Origin: an uncultured Gemmatimonadales bacterium
Lineage (GTDB): Bacteria; Gemmatimonadota; Gemmatimonadetes; Palauibacterales; Palauibacteraceae
Assembly (NCBI GenBank): GCA_963783385.1
Contig: CAWANJ010000003.1
Span: forward strand, 32,001 to 96,000
DNA length: 64,000 nt
Reading direction: 5' to 3'
The translations under genes and the position numbers were made by a program. A model generated the notes under the pieces. That model saw only the letters and a list, made by a program, of their open reading frames with translations, did no database searches and had not been told where the DNA came from. Of the stretch, positions 30,195 to 40,898 are shown in pieces (the stretch's first letter is position 1; every line of letters starts with the position of its first letter).

Positions 30195-31324
30195 GCGGCT
30201 TCCTTCCGGGCCGCCCGCGTCCCGAACACCGCCGGACGCGTGACCTGGTCGATGAAGGGGACGAGGGCGTTCATGAACAGGATCGAGTACATGACCCCCT
30301 CGGCCAAACCTCCCCACAGCCGGATGACCACGGTGATGAGGCCGATGCCGATCCCGAAGATCCAGGAGCCCATGTTGGTCACCGGCGAGGTGACCATGTC
30401 CGTGGCCATGTACACGGCGCCGAGCATCAGCCCGCCGGAGAGCAGCATGAAGGGTGCGCCGGGCAGGGACGGGCTCAGGGCGTGCAGCAAGGCCGAGAAC
30501 GCGGCGACGGCCGCGAAGATGGCGACCGGTATCCGCCAGTTGAGGTAGTTCTTCCAGGCCAGGTACGCTCCGCACACCAGGATGAGGATCCCGGCCGTCT
30601 CGCCCAGCGAGCCGCCCGTGTTACCGATGGCCAGCTTGAGGAGGTCGGTGCCCTGGTGCTCGAACTTCATGAGCCCGAGCGGCGTGGCCATGGTCACGAC
30701 GTCCACCTTGCCGGGCGAGAGGAGCGGAAGCGCCAGGTTCGAGGCGTACACGTTCGTCCAGCGCTCCGCCAGCGCCGGCCACGTGGTGAGCGCGGTGGGG
30801 AAGGCCGCCTGCAGGAAGGCGCGACCCAGGAGGGCGGGGTTGAAGATGTTCTGCCCCAGCCCGCCGAAGATCAGCTTGCCGAACCCGATCGCGAACGCGG
30901 CGCCCAGGAAGGCCATCCACAGGGGAATGCCAGCCGGCAGGGTGAGTCCCAGGAGCAGGCCCGTGATGACGGCCGATCCGTCGCCCAGGGAGCCGCGCTC
31001 GCCCAGGGTCCGCTCCACCAGGAGCGCGCCCAGGGTCGCGGACGCCAACACCAGGAGGGCGCTGAGGCCGAAGAACCAGGTCGAGACGCCGATGATCGGC
31101 ACCAGGGTGGCGACCACGGTCCACATGATCCGCGGGGTCGAGTCCGGCGAGTGGATGTGGGGCGATGGAGCCAGGTGAAGGCGGGGCGTCTCCGCGTCCG
31201 TCCCTTCCGTCGCGGGACCGCCCGCGCCGGCGCCGTCCGCCGGGCCGCCGCCGGCCGTCTCCCGTGGCCGCTCCGGCTCGCCCCGCAGCCGCTCCCGATC
31301 GCCGCCCGTCCGATCCGCGCTCAT
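30191..31324 (-). CDS. rnfD: Rnf complex subunit D
   Basis: SPHIH, FGGLGQNIFNPALLGR, MATPLG, GSLGET, MATDMVTSP. Confidence 0.93.
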   Translation of the reverse strand: MSADRTGGDRERLRGEPERPRETAGGGPADGAGAGGPATEGTDAETPRLHLAPSPHIHSPDSTPRIMWTVVATLVPIIGVSTWFFGLSALLVLASATLGALLVERTLGERGSLGDGSAVITGLLLGLTLPAGIPLWMAFLGAAFAIGFGKLIFGGLGQNIFNPALLGRAFLQAAFPTALTTWPALAERWTNVYASNLALPLLSPGKVDVVTMATPLGLMKFEHQGTDLLKLAIGNTGGSLGETAGILILVCGAYLAWKNYLNWRIPVAIFAAVAAFSALLHALSPSLPGAPFMLLSGGLMLGAVYMATDMVTSPVTNMGSWIFGIGIGLITVVIRLWGGLAEGVMYSILFMNALVPFIDQVTRPAVFGTRAARKEAA

Positions 31325-31352
31325 GGTTCCGCCCGCTCCCGTTCCCGACCCG

Positions 31353-32706
31353 TCAAGCGGCCGCGCCAGCCGCGGACGGCTCCTCTTCCTTGCGTCGACG
31401 CTCGACCTTCCGCGTCATCGACTTGGCGAGGCCGAACATTCTGGCTGAGCGGGATGTGGGAGGGACACACGTAGGAGCAGGAGCCGCACAGCATGCAGTC
31501 CGAGAGGTGCATCTCGAGCATCTCGTCGTAGCGACCCGCCCGGGCCAGACGGCCCAGGTCGGCGGGATCCAGGAAGACGGGGCACGCCTCCAGGCAGCGC
31601 CCGCAGCGAATGCACGCCAGCTCGCGCTCGCGCGCGATCGCCTCGCCGGTGAGCACCACGATGCCGGTGGTGCCCTTGAGGACGGGGGCGCCGGGCTCCG
31701 GCTGCGCGTTGCCCATCATCGGCCCACCGAACACGATGCGCTCCGCGTCCGGCGTCATGCCGCCGCAGAACTCCAGTACGTCGGCGATGCGGGTCCCCAC
31801 CGGTACGATGAGGTTGGCGGGGCGCCGGATGCCGGGACCGGTCACGGTCACGATGCGCTCGATCAGCGGGTATCCCGTCTCGAACACCTCCGCGATGGCG
31901 GCGATCGAGCCCACGTTCTGCACCACGGCTCCGACGTGCATCGGGAGCTTTCCGGACGGCACCCGCCGCCCCAGGAGGCTCTCGAGCATCATCTTCTCGG
32001 CCCCCTGCGGATACTTCACGCGGAGGCCCTCGATGTGGATGTCGAGGTCCTCCGGGACCGTCGAGCGGAGCGCCTCGATGGCGTCCGGCTTGTTGGCCTC
32101 GACTCCTATGATGGCCCGGTCGACTCCGAGGGCGTGCATCATGATCCTGAGGCCGAAGTGCACCCGCTCCGGGTACTCGACCATCGTGCGGTGGTCCGAG
32201 GTCAGGTACGGCTCGCACTCCGCTCCGTTCGCCACGATGACGTCCACGTGGGTGTCGGGAGGAGGGGCGAGCTTGACGTGGGCCGGGAAGGCGGCGCCTC
32301 CGAGCCCGACCACGCCCGCGTCCTGGATCGCGGCCACCACCTGCTCGGGCGTCAGCCCTGCCCATTCGGGAACGATCCTCGGCCGGAGGCCCTGGGGAGA
32401 GATCGGGTCGACGTCGATGACCACGGTCTCGGCCATGCTCCCGTCCGGGTGTGGCCACAGCCGCACGTCCCTCACCGTCCCCGCCGCCGAGGCGTGGACG
32501 GAGGAGGAGATGAAGCCCACCGCCTGGCCCACCTTGTCGCCGCGCTCGACCCGGTCCCCGCGCTTCACGAGCGCCCGGGCCGGTGCGCCCGCGTGCTGGC
32601 GGAGCGGGATCGCCAGGAGCTCAGGGAAGGGCATGCGCCGGATCGGGAGGCTCGACGTGAGCTCCTTGAGCTCCGGGGGGTGGACCCCGTGACGGAAGCT
32701 GCCCAT
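31353..32706 (-). CDS. rnfC: Rnf complex subunit C (frameshift near the C-terminus)
   Basis: GLGGAAFP, NGAECEPYLTSD, KYPQGAEK, GGPMMG, and two 4Fe-4S motifs. Confidence 0.93.
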
Positions 32707-32716
32707 CAGGCGCTCC

Positions 32717-35700
32717 TCACTGGAACCGCGCGGCGCGCGCGACCCACTTGTCCAGGTCGGGCTCGTCGGGGTTCAGCGGGTCGCCGGGGTGGATGATGCC
32801 GGCCGTGCAGCGCTCGGCCGCCTGCACCAGCTCCTTGAACGTCCCCGCCGACGCGTCCTTGATGTAGGCCTGCTTGTTCTCGTCGTAGGCGAACATGTGC
32901 GGGTTGAGCTTGGTGCACTCGTCGCAGCTGGTGCAGCGAGCCGTCTCGATGAAAGGCTCCATCCGCAGTCCGCCGTGCGCCGGCTTCGCCTTCGCGGGGG
33001 CTTCGGGCTCCGCGGCAGGCGCCGCCGAGGCCGACGGGTCCGGGGCGGCCGACGGAGCGGCTACCGTGGCGGTGGCCACGCCCACCGGCGAAGCGCCCGG
33101 TTCGGCGGCCTGCTCTCCGACCCCGCCCACGCCGTTCGAGCCGAGCCCGGCCTCCTCGAGCCGGATCGGCTCCAGGTTCGGTGTGGACTCGGCCTCCGCG
33201 AGGATTTCGGCCAGCGTGCGGGCCCCGTCGCCCGAGCGCACCAGCCCCTCCGCCAGGCGCCGGGCCACGATCCGCGGGTAGCGCGTGCGGACGTCGTCCA
33301 GCTTCGCCTCGTACTCGGCCTCCAGCTCGTGCGTCCTCCGCTCGAACTCCGCCTCGAGCTCCGAGCGCAGCGTGCGCCGGACGGATTCCGGCACCTTCAG
33401 CCCGGCCAGCTCGCGGAGCTGGGACCAGAAGGCCAGCCGGTCCTCGGCCAGCTCGGCGATCTCGGGTGACACGGACAGGCGGGTGAGCCTCCCCTCGTCG
33501 TCCAGCGCGTGGATCCAGGCCGTCTTCCCGGCTCGCTCCTCGCCGCTCATGTCCACGAACTCGTGGAACGGCACGAGCTCGTCCGCGGGTGGAGCCCCGT
33601 CCGAGCCCTCGGCCGGCAGCTCCCTGAAGTGCTTCCGAAACCGTCCCTCGGTCGCGGCCCAGTCCGCGATCGTCATCGGGAGCTCGAGAGTGTGCTCCTC
33701 GTCCGTCTCCGGGTCGCGGTAGGTGAGCTCGTAGGTCGGCCACGTCCGGTCGCGGTCAGGGTTGTCGTCCAGGTCGAGGCAGTCGGCGATGGAGGCGCCA
33801 GCGTCCGGGTCGAAGATGAAGTGCGGGAAGGCCCGGCTTTCGTGCGCCATCTTGGCGGCCGTGGGAGCCCAGTCGTCCGGGAGGCCGTGCTCGACCGGGC
33901 AGGGCGCGTGGATGTTGAAGATGGCCGGCCGCCGCTTGCGGATGCCGCGCAGGACGCCGCCCAGCAGGTGGGCCGGCGACGCCTGGGAGCTCTGGAGCAC
34001 GAAGGAGCCGCGGTGAGCCAGGGCGATGAGCCCGAGCTCCTTGCGCTCCTCGCGCTTGCCGTGCTGGGCGGAGCCGAACTCGGCCATGTCGGACACCTGG
34101 CCCAGGAACCCGCTCGTGCACGCCTGACCGCCGGTGTTCGAGTATACCTGCGTGTCCAGGACGAGGACGCGGATCGGCTTCCCCGACGCCATCAGCCGCG
34201 ACAGGTTCTGGAACCCGATGTCGAGCATGGCGCCGTCCCCGCCCACCACCAGCATGGGCGGACACAGGTCGAACTCCCGGTCGCTGAAGTCCTCCCACGT
34301 GAACGCCTGGAAGGCGGGCTCGTGCCGGGTGGGGTCGTACGTCCCGTCGAGCTGGAGGCGCGCCCGGCGCACGGCCACGAAGTCGTCGGCCATCCGGCGC
34401 ATGGTGCCCTCGAACAGCCCGATGCCGATCGAGGGAGCGTCCTGGAACAGGTGGTTCACCCAGGGGACCGGGTAGGGGTTGAAGGGATAGGTGCTGCCCC
34501 ACACCGAGGAGCAACCGGTGCTGTTGGAGATGCCGAGCGACGCCCTGCCCCGGCCGCCGGGGCCTTCCTTGTAGCGCCACCTGAGGTCGCGAAGTGACTC
34601 GAGCGACCCCACGATCCGGCGCAGGGCCTCCTTCGCCTCGGGCTCCAGCTCGAGGTCCACCGTGTCCCCATCGGTAAGCGCGGCGAGCTCGACGTCCGCG
34701 TCGGCCGACAGGAGCTGGCGGGCCTTCTCGTCCAGCCCCTCGATGAGCTCGTCCAGGTCCCCGATGAAGTCCTTCACCCGGTGCTGCATGGCGGCCGTGA
34801 TCGCGGAGACCACCAGGTGCACGGCGGTCTTCTCGCCGCAGCCCATGCAGGCTCCGTCGCCGCCCACCATCGAGCGGTACACGTCCTTCTTGAGGAGGAG
34901 GGATGGCAGGACGCCGATCCCCTCGTCCACGTCGATCACGTTGATGTAGCGGTCGTCGGTGTCCGGGAGCTCCTCCCACAGCCGCCAGTTGTGGCGCAGC
35001 CGCTCGACCGTCTCGTCGTCCTGACGGACCGTGACCAGCGCCTCGTCCGGGCAGACATCGACGCAGATGTTGCAGCCCTTGCAGGCGTAAGGGTTGATCG
35101 TGATCGACAGGAGGCCGCCGCTCCCTGCCTCCCTGGACTCCGGGAGCTGCCAGAAGGGGGCGGTGACGGCCACCGGGAAGTCGGCGGCCACCTCGTACAC
35201 GGCCGCGAAGTCGCGGTCCAGCTCGGCCCGGCGCTCCGGGTCCCAGCCCAGCTTCCCGACCAGGTTGTCGTAGGATGTCCGGAGGGTCTCGCCGAAGCTC
35301 TCGAGCGGCACGGCCTCCAGGGTGGAGTGCACCTCGGCGGCCAGGTGACGGGACACCTGGTGGATCCGGTCCAGCGGCCGGTCCTCCCGCGTCGCCACCC
35401 GGATGGCGGCGTCGAGGATCTCACCCGGGGTGTTCACCAGCCCGGGGATGGCCGCGTCGGGGCACTGGGTCCAGCACTTGTTGCAGCCGGTGCAGTTGGC
35501 CGGCACGAACTCGGGCACCTCGAAGCGGATCGCGGTCATGTCACGCAGCGCGCTCGACGCCGCGGGCATGACGCTGAGCGCCGCGAACGGATCGGCGATC
35601 CCGTCCTCGCCCTCGGCGTACAGGGCGCACACCTGTTCGTAGAAGCGTCCCGGGTTGCCCGGTCCCTCCTCCGCGTCCGGCGAAGCCATGACGGCCGGCA

Positions 35701-37957
35701 TCGGGGCCAGCGGCAGCTCGCGTCCCACGGCGACCTCGGCCCCCGCCTCCGCTCCGACATCGGTCTCGACGGCTCGCAGCTCCCCGTAGCCGCGCCGGAT
35801 CACCCGGAAGTTGTCGTCCACGACCTGGTCCCCGAGCTTGCCGAACTTGGCCTGGAGACGCTCGCGGATGCCCTCGAACAGCGTGTCCTCGTCCAGCTCC
35901 TGTCGCTCGGCCACGGAGGACACCGCGAAGAAGGCCCCCATGAAGGCGGCGCCCTGCATGCGGTAGCGCAGGCTGGGGTCGGAGGCCTCCGTGCTGGCGA
36001 TCGAGAACCCGTCCAGCACGTACATTCGGATGCGGCGCTGCAGGATCCGGCGACGGGCCTCCGGCGGTAGCTCCTCCCACACCGTCTCCGGGTCCCGGTC
36101 GCTCTGGAGCACGAAGGCCCCGCCCTGGCGCAGCCCGGCGAGCGGGTCGGAGTTGGCGAACACGTTGGGGTCGGGTGAGAGGACCACGTCCACGTGGCGG
36201 AGCTCGGCGTTGATCCGCACCGGCTCCGGCGAAAGGGTCGCGTAGAAGGTGGTCGGCTGGCCCTTCTTCTCGGAGCCGTACTTGGGATTGGCCTTGACGT
36301 TGAGCCCCGCCAGCTCGAACGCGGTCAGGGCGAGGTTCTTCCCCATGGTGATGGCGCCCCACCCGCCCACGGAGTGGATGCGGACCGAGACGGAGCCTCC
36401 GGGCATCAGGTCCAGGTCGCCGGCCGAGGTCAGGGCGAGGTCGCCCAGCTTGGGGTAGCCCTCCAGGAGCTTCTCCTGCCAGACCTGCAGCTTGGGGTGG
36501 CGGGTGCCGCGGCGCAGGAAGTCGACGCCCAGGTAGAACTGGCGGATGCCCCGCGCGCCGGGCAGCATGTTCTCGACCGCCGCCACCAGGTCCCCGGGCT
36601 GGACGTCCCGGCTCCCGAAGCCGAAGCCGGCCCCGTAGAAGTCGGGCACTTCGTCCGCGCCGACGACGGGGAGGTTCGGGAAGGGCTGCCGCTCGCCGCC
36701 CGGAGTGCCGCGTGACGCCTGGCGTGCGGCGGCGAAGGCTCGTCCGTTCTCGGCCGCCTGGGAGAGGGCTGTGCGCAGCTCCCGGAGGATGGGGCCGTCG
36801 GCGGCCAGGGGCTGGTCGAGTCGCTCGAGCACCGTGACGCCCTTCTTCCCGGCCAGGAGACGTGCCACCAGGTCCGAGGGGAAGGGGCGGAACATGGTCA
36901 TATCCAGCACGCCGACCTTGAGGCCGCGTTCCTCCCGAAGGTGGTCGGCGACCGCCTCGGCGTTTCCGACGACGCTGCCCTGTCCCACCAGCACCCAGTC
37001 GGCGTCGTCCAGCCGGTAGCCCGACGCGCGGGCGTAGCGCCGTCCGGTGAGCCGGGCGAACTCCTCCATGGCCCGGTCGGCGAGCCCGGCCACGTGGTCG
37101 AAGTAGAAGGGCCGCTGGGCCGCCACGCCCTGGGCGTAGGAGTCCTGGTTCTGGACCGTGCCCAGCATGGTCGGATAGTCGAAGTCGAACAGGATCGGGA
37201 TGCGGCGCCGCTCCTCGCCGAACACCAGGCGCTGGGCCGGCGTCGGCGACGGGATGCGGTCGGCCGGATCGCCCAGGAACTCGCGCACCAGCTCGGGCTC
37301 GGGCAGGCGCAGCGACTCGATCACGTGGCTGGTGAGGAAGCCGTCCTGCGCCAGCACGCCCGGATTCAGCGCCAGCTCGGCGATGCGGTGGGCGATGAGG
37401 TTGAGGTCGGCCGCCTCCTGGACGTTCTTCGCGAACAGCTGGAAGAAGCCCGTGTCGTCGATGGCGTGGTAGTCGTCGTGACCGGCGTGGATGTTCAGCG
37501 CCTGCTTGGTCATGGCGCGGCAGGCCATGTTGAGCACGTAGGTGAGTCGCTTCCCGGCGGCCGCGTACAGCGACTCGTGCATGTAGGCGATGCCCTGGCT
37601 GGCCGAGAAGTTGGCCGAGCGCAGGCCGGACATGGACAGCCCGGCGGTGACGCCGGCGGCCGCGTGCTCGCCCTCGGGCTCGAAGAATATCAGCCGGCGC
37701 CCGAACGCGTTCGTCTTGCCGCGCGCCACGGCGGCGGCCCAGTGCTCGCCCATCTGGGTGGCGGGCGTGATCGGGTAGGCCCCGGCCGCTTCGCTGCCCT
37801 CGGTCTCGACGGCCGCCACGGCCTCGCTGCCGTCCATGGCCACCAGCCGGCCCGGGTAGCGAACCTCGTCCGCCCCGGGGTTCGTGGCAGGCGTCTCGGA
37901 CTTCGTGGCGGACGCCTTCCCGGACGTCCCCCGGCCCGCGCCTGTCGCATTCTTCAT
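32717..37957 (-). CDS. Homodimeric-type pyruvate:ferredoxin oxidoreductase (NifJ-like) with an extra C-terminal ferredoxin domain
   Basis: YPITPAT, GACMGCGE, NSTGCSSVWG, GGDGAMLDIG, YSNTGGQ; CTGCNKC..CP and CKGCNIC..CP; tail CTSCDEC...C. Confidence 0.9.
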   Translation of the reverse strand: MKNATGAGRGTSGKASATKSETPATNPGADEVRYPGRLVAMDGSEAVAAVETEGSEAAGAYPITPATQMGEHWAAAVARGKTNAFGRRLIFFEPEGEHAAAGVTAGLSMSGLRSANFSASQGIAYMHESLYAAAGKRLTYVLNMACRAMTKQALNIHAGHDDYHAIDDTGFFQLFAKNVQEAADLNLIAHRIAELALNPGVLAQDGFLTSHVIESLRLPEPELVREFLGDPADRIPSPTPAQRLVFGEERRRIPILFDFDYPTMLGTVQNQDSYAQGVAAQRPFYFDHVAGLADRAMEEFARLTGRRYARASGYRLDDADWVLVGQGSVVGNAEAVADHLREERGLKVGVLDMTMFRPFPSDLVARLLAGKKGVTVLERLDQPLAADGPILRELRTALSQAAENGRAFAAARQASRGTPGGERQPFPNLPVVGADEVPDFYGAGFGFGSRDVQPGDLVAAVENMLPGARGIRQFYLGVDFLRRGTRHPKLQVWQEKLLEGYPKLGDLALTSAGDLDLMPGGSVSVRIHSVGGWGAITMGKNLALTAFELAGLNVKANPKYGSEKKGQPTTFYATLSPEPVRINAELRHVDVVLSPDPNVFANSDPLAGLRQGGAFVLQSDRDPETVWEELPPEARRRILQRRIRMYVLDGFSIASTEASDPSLRYRMQGAAFMGAFFAVSSVAERQELDEDTLFEGIRERLQAKFGKLGDQVVDDNFRVIRRGYGELRAVETDVGAEAGAEVAVGRELPLAPMPAVMASPDAEEGPGNPGRFYEQVCALYAEGEDGIADPFAALSVMPAASSALRDMTAIRFEVPEFVPANCTGCNKCWTQCPDAAIPGLVNTPGEILDAAIRVATREDRPLDRIHQVSRHLAAEVHSTLEAVPLESFGETLRTSYDNLVGKLGWDPERRAELDRDFAAVYEVAADFPVAVTAPFWQLPESREAGSGGLLSITINPYACKGCNICVDVCPDEALVTVRQDDETVERLRHNWRLWEELPDTDDRYINVIDVDEGIGVLPSLLLKKDVYRSMVGGDGACMGCGEKTAVHLVVSAITAAMQHRVKDFIGDLDELIEGLDEKARQLLSADADVELAALTDGDTVDLELEPEAKEALRRIVGSLESLRDLRWRYKEGPGGRGRASLGISNSTGCSSVWGSTYPFNPYPVPWVNHLFQDAPSIGIGLFEGTMRRMADDFVAVRRARLQLDGTYDPTRHEPAFQAFTWEDFSDREFDLCPPMLVVGGDGAMLDIGFQNLSRLMASGKPIRVLVLDTQVYSNTGGQACTSGFLGQVSDMAEFGSAQHGKREERKELGLIALAHRGSFVLQSSQASPAHLLGGVLRGIRKRRPAIFNIHAPCPVEHGLPDDWAPTAAKMAHESRAFPHFIFDPDAGASIADCLDLDDNPDRDRTWPTYELTYRDPETDEEHTLELPMTIADWAATEGRFRKHFRELPAEGSDGAPPADELVPFHEFVDMSGEERAGKTAWIHALDDEGRLTRLSVSPEIAELAEDRLAFWSQLRELAGLKVPESVRRTLRSELEAEFERRTHELEAEYEAKLDDVRTRYPRIVARRLAEGLVRSGDGARTLAEILAEAESTPNLEPIRLEEAGLGSNGVGGVGEQAAEPGASPVGVATATVAAPSAAPDPSASAAPAAEPEAPAKAKPAHGGLRMEPFIETARCTSCDECTKLNPHMFAYDENKQAYIKDASAGTFKELVQAAERCTAGIIHPGDPLNPDEPDLDKWVARAARFQ

Positions 37958-37998
37958 CGGCCAGATCATCACACCCGCTCCAGTTCTTCGAAGATCTT

Positions 37999-38916
37999 TC
38001 AGGTCGTGCCCGCGGTCGCCCGCGAGCGGCGACCGATCTCACGTGTACGGATCGGGACCACGTCGTCCCGGCCGCCCATGTCTTCCGTCGCTCCAGGCGC
38101 CTCGAACTGCCGGCCGATCACCCACTGGATGGCGCCGGTGGGACAGCGTGCCGTCGCTTCCGGACCCGCCAACTCGTTCCTGGAGTAGTCGATCACCGGA
38201 AGGCCGTCGCGCATCTCGATGAGTCCCGCCGCGGCGTCCATGGCGCACCGGCCGCACGCGTCGCAGGCCACGGCGCACAGCTCGGTGGCCGGCTTGCCCT
38301 CCAGCAGGTTCCGGCACTGCACGATGAGCCGCTGGCTCATCGGCATGAGCGTGAACAGGTCCAGCGGGCAGGCCTCGACGCAGTCCCCGCACGCCGTGCA
38401 CAGCTCCGGGTCCACGACGGGCAGGTCCACGTCGTTCATGCGGATGGCGTCGAAGTCGCAGGAGATCGCGCAGTCCGCCAGCCCGACGCAGCCCCACGGA
38501 CACGCCTTACCGCCGCCGGTCACCGCCACGGCGGCCGCGCAGGAGACGGCGCCCTCGTAGATCGCCTTGCGGGGCGCGACATCCGAGCCGCCCGCGCACA
38601 GCAGCCGGGCCACGCGCTTCTCGGCCTGGCCGGCCTCCACGCCCAGGAGGGAGGCCACCGCGCCCCGGTCCTCCGGCCCCATGACCGTGCACTGGGCGGG
38701 GGCGATCCGTCCGGCCACGAGGCCCTCGGCGAACGCCCGGCATCCCGGCAGCCCGCACGCTCCGCAGTTGTTTCCGGGGAGCATGCCTTCGGCCTCGTCG
38801 ATGCGCGGGTCCTCCCACACCCAGAACTTCCGGTTGACGACGGCGATGGTGCCACCGAGGAGGACGCCGATGCCGGCCAGGATGCCGATCGGGACGAGGA
38901 GCGAGGTCAGGGGCAT
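37999..38916 (-). CDS. rnfB: Rnf complex subunit B
   Basis: LPGNNCGACGLPGC, CPWGCVGLADCAISC, CTACGDCVEACP. Confidence 0.9.
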   Translation of the reverse strand: MPLTSLLVPIGILAGIGVLLGGTIAVVNRKFWVWEDPRIDEAEGMLPGNNCGACGLPGCRAFAEGLVAGRIAPAQCTVMGPEDRGAVASLLGVEAGQAEKRVARLLCAGGSDVAPRKAIYEGAVSCAAAVAVTGGGKACPWGCVGLADCAISCDFDAIRMNDVDLPVVDPELCTACGDCVEACPLDLFTLMPMSQRLIVQCRNLLEGKPATELCAVACDACGRCAMDAAAGLIEMRDGLPVIDYSRNELAGPEATARCPTGAIQWVIGRQFEAPGATEDMGGRDDVVPIRTREIGRRSRATAGTT

Positions 38917-38923
38917 CGTCCGC

Positions 38924-39943
38924 TCACCCCAGGTCGCGCAGGTTCGCCTGGCGGAGCAGCCATGCGGCCAGCCGGTCGGCGGGCCGGGCGGCATCCCCGC
39001 CGCCGCTCGCCGAATGCCCGTTCGTCGAAGGCACGGCCGCCGCCGGCGCACCGGGGCGGGCCAGGGACGCGAGCTGGGCCAGCTCCTCCGCCTGCTGGGC
39101 CGCGCTGATGGCGCCGACCGGCCGGAGGTCCGAGACTTCCGGTAACTCCTCTACGGCCATGCGCTCGGCGAGGCAGCTCCCCACCGACGGGTCGTGCGTG
39201 AAGCGTGCGGAGCCCGACCCTTCCGGGAACAGGGCGGCCACGGCCGGTCCCTCGAAGTCCGACAGCCGATGGAGCGCCTCGGGATCCTCCGTCTGGAGGA
39301 CGAGGACGCCCGGGGTGATGAGCCGTACGAGCGACGCGGGAGGTGCCGTGCCCTCGATCACCAGGACCAGCTTCTGCGCTCCGTCCAGGAACTCGGCCAG
39401 CGCCCCCGCCCGGAGGGCCACGCCCGGCGTCGGGACGACCAGGGGCGGGGCCAGACCCCGCTCGGCGCGATTCCACGAGGACGGAGGAAAGTGGCTCAGA
39501 TGCTCGGCGTGCGCGTCCGTCCGGTAGCGTCCCTCGCGGGCCAGCTCCGCCGCGCGGGCCGCGCCGAAGGCGATGCCCAGACGACCCAGGCCGGCGTCCA
39601 CGGCCTCCCGGAGGCTTCCTCCGGCGAGGACCGACTCCACGAACATCCGGTCGTCCGCGGCGTCCAGGCTGGCCAGGGCCTCGTGCGCTCGCTCCAGCAG
39701 CGCGTAAGCCTCGGGGTCGAGGAGGCTGTCCTCCGCGAACAGGCCCGCGAATCGTTCGGGGTCCATGATGCGCGAGGCCAGGGCTCCGAGCGCCTGGGCA
39801 TCCGGAGCGGCGCCCGCCGGCTGGCGGCGCCTCTCGAGCTCGGCTCGCACCTCGTCGACCGCGCGTGCCACGGCCGAGCGGAAGCCCTCCAGGGACCCCT
39901 GGAGCGCCGAAAGGACCAGGTCCACCCGCTGTTCAGATGGCAT
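38924..39943 (-). CDS. Hypothetical protein in the oxidoreductase-Rnf operon
   Basis: 339-aa ORF overlapping the korB stop and 7 bp from rnfB; no motif recognised. Confidence 0.7.
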   Translation of the reverse strand: MPSEQRVDLVLSALQGSLEGFRSAVARAVDEVRAELERRRQPAGAAPDAQALGALASRIMDPERFAGLFAEDSLLDPEAYALLERAHEALASLDAADDRMFVESVLAGGSLREAVDAGLGRLGIAFGAARAAELAREGRYRTDAHAEHLSHFPPSSWNRAERGLAPPLVVPTPGVALRAGALAEFLDGAQKLVLVIEGTAPPASLVRLITPGVLVLQTEDPEALHRLSDFEGPAVAALFPEGSGSARFTHDPSVGSCLAERMAVEELPEVSDLRPVGAISAAQQAEELAQLASLARPGAPAAAVPSTNGHSASGGGDAARPADRLAAWLLRQANLRDLG

Positions 39944-40898
39944 GGCGATCCAGCTCCCGGTTCAGCAGTTCCACCTTCTCCCCGGCCGAGCGCGACGGCA
40001 CCCTCCGGATCACGTCGTAGACGGCCCGCGACGGGTCGCGGAAGAACACGCCCAGGCGGATGGGGTGCTCCGGGTCCGAGTCCTCCTCGGCCAGCCGGCG
40101 GGCGAAGTCCAGGTCGGAGGGGTCGTGCGGCCGCACGTGCTCGTAGATCTTCTCCAACCCGTCCACCTGCACCCCATCCTCGTGCACCAGGAGCTCGATC
40201 TTGTTCGGATCGCGCACGGCGTCGATGAACATGGACAGCGTGTAGTGCGGACAGCGCTGCAGGACGCGCACGAAGGCGAACCCGCGGTGCCGATACGCGG
40301 CGCGCAGGGTGGCCTGCAGGTGCTGGGGGATCCACTCGGCGGTCTGGGCCACGAACGAGGCGTTGGTGATGCCGAGCGTGGCCGTCAGCGGATTGAGCGA
40401 CGGCAGGAAGCTGCCGTGCGGCTGCGTGTTCGTCCTGTAGCCCTGCGGGGTGGTCGGCGACGTCTGCTTCTTGGTCAATCCGTAGATGTGGTTGTCCAGC
40501 ATGAGGGCGACCATGTCCGTGTTGTAGCGCACGGCGTGCACCCAGTGACCGGCCCCGATCGAGGCGCAGTCCCCGTCGCCCATGACCGCGAACACGTTCA
40601 GGTCGGGGCGGTGCAGCTTGACCCCGGTGGCCAGCGGCAGCGCCCGGCCGTGGATGCCGTGGAAGCCGTAGGTGCCGAGGTGGTGCGGGAAGCGCCCCGA
40701 GCACCCGATGCCGGACACGAACACGGTCTTCTCGGGCGCCAGCTGCTCCTCGCGAAGCAGCCTCTGGCTGGCGGCCAGAACCGAGTGGTCGCCGCAGCCG
40801 GGGCACCAGCGCGCCACCGGACCGGCGTAGTCGTCCAGCTCGAACGAGCGATCCTCCTCCACCGACATCCGGAGGAGGGAGCAGGTCGCGGTGCTCAT
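39933..40898 (-). CDS. korB: 2-oxoacid:ferredoxin oxidoreductase beta subunit (TPP-binding)
   Basis: WCPGCG, SGIGCSGR, HGRALP, GDGD, YGLTKKQTSPT. Confidence 0.88.
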   Translation of the reverse strand: MSTATCSLLRMSVEEDRSFELDDYAGPVARWCPGCGDHSVLAASQRLLREEQLAPEKTVFVSGIGCSGRFPHHLGTYGFHGIHGRALPLATGVKLHRPDLNVFAVMGDGDCASIGAGHWVHAVRYNTDMVALMLDNHIYGLTKKQTSPTTPQGYRTNTQPHGSFLPSLNPLTATLGITNASFVAQTAEWIPQHLQATLRAAYRHRGFAFVRVLQRCPHYTLSMFIDAVRDPNKIELLVHEDGVQVDGLEKIYEHVRPHDPSDLDFARRLAEEDSDPEHPIRLGVFFRDPSRAVYDVIRRVPSRSAGEKVELLNRELDRHAI

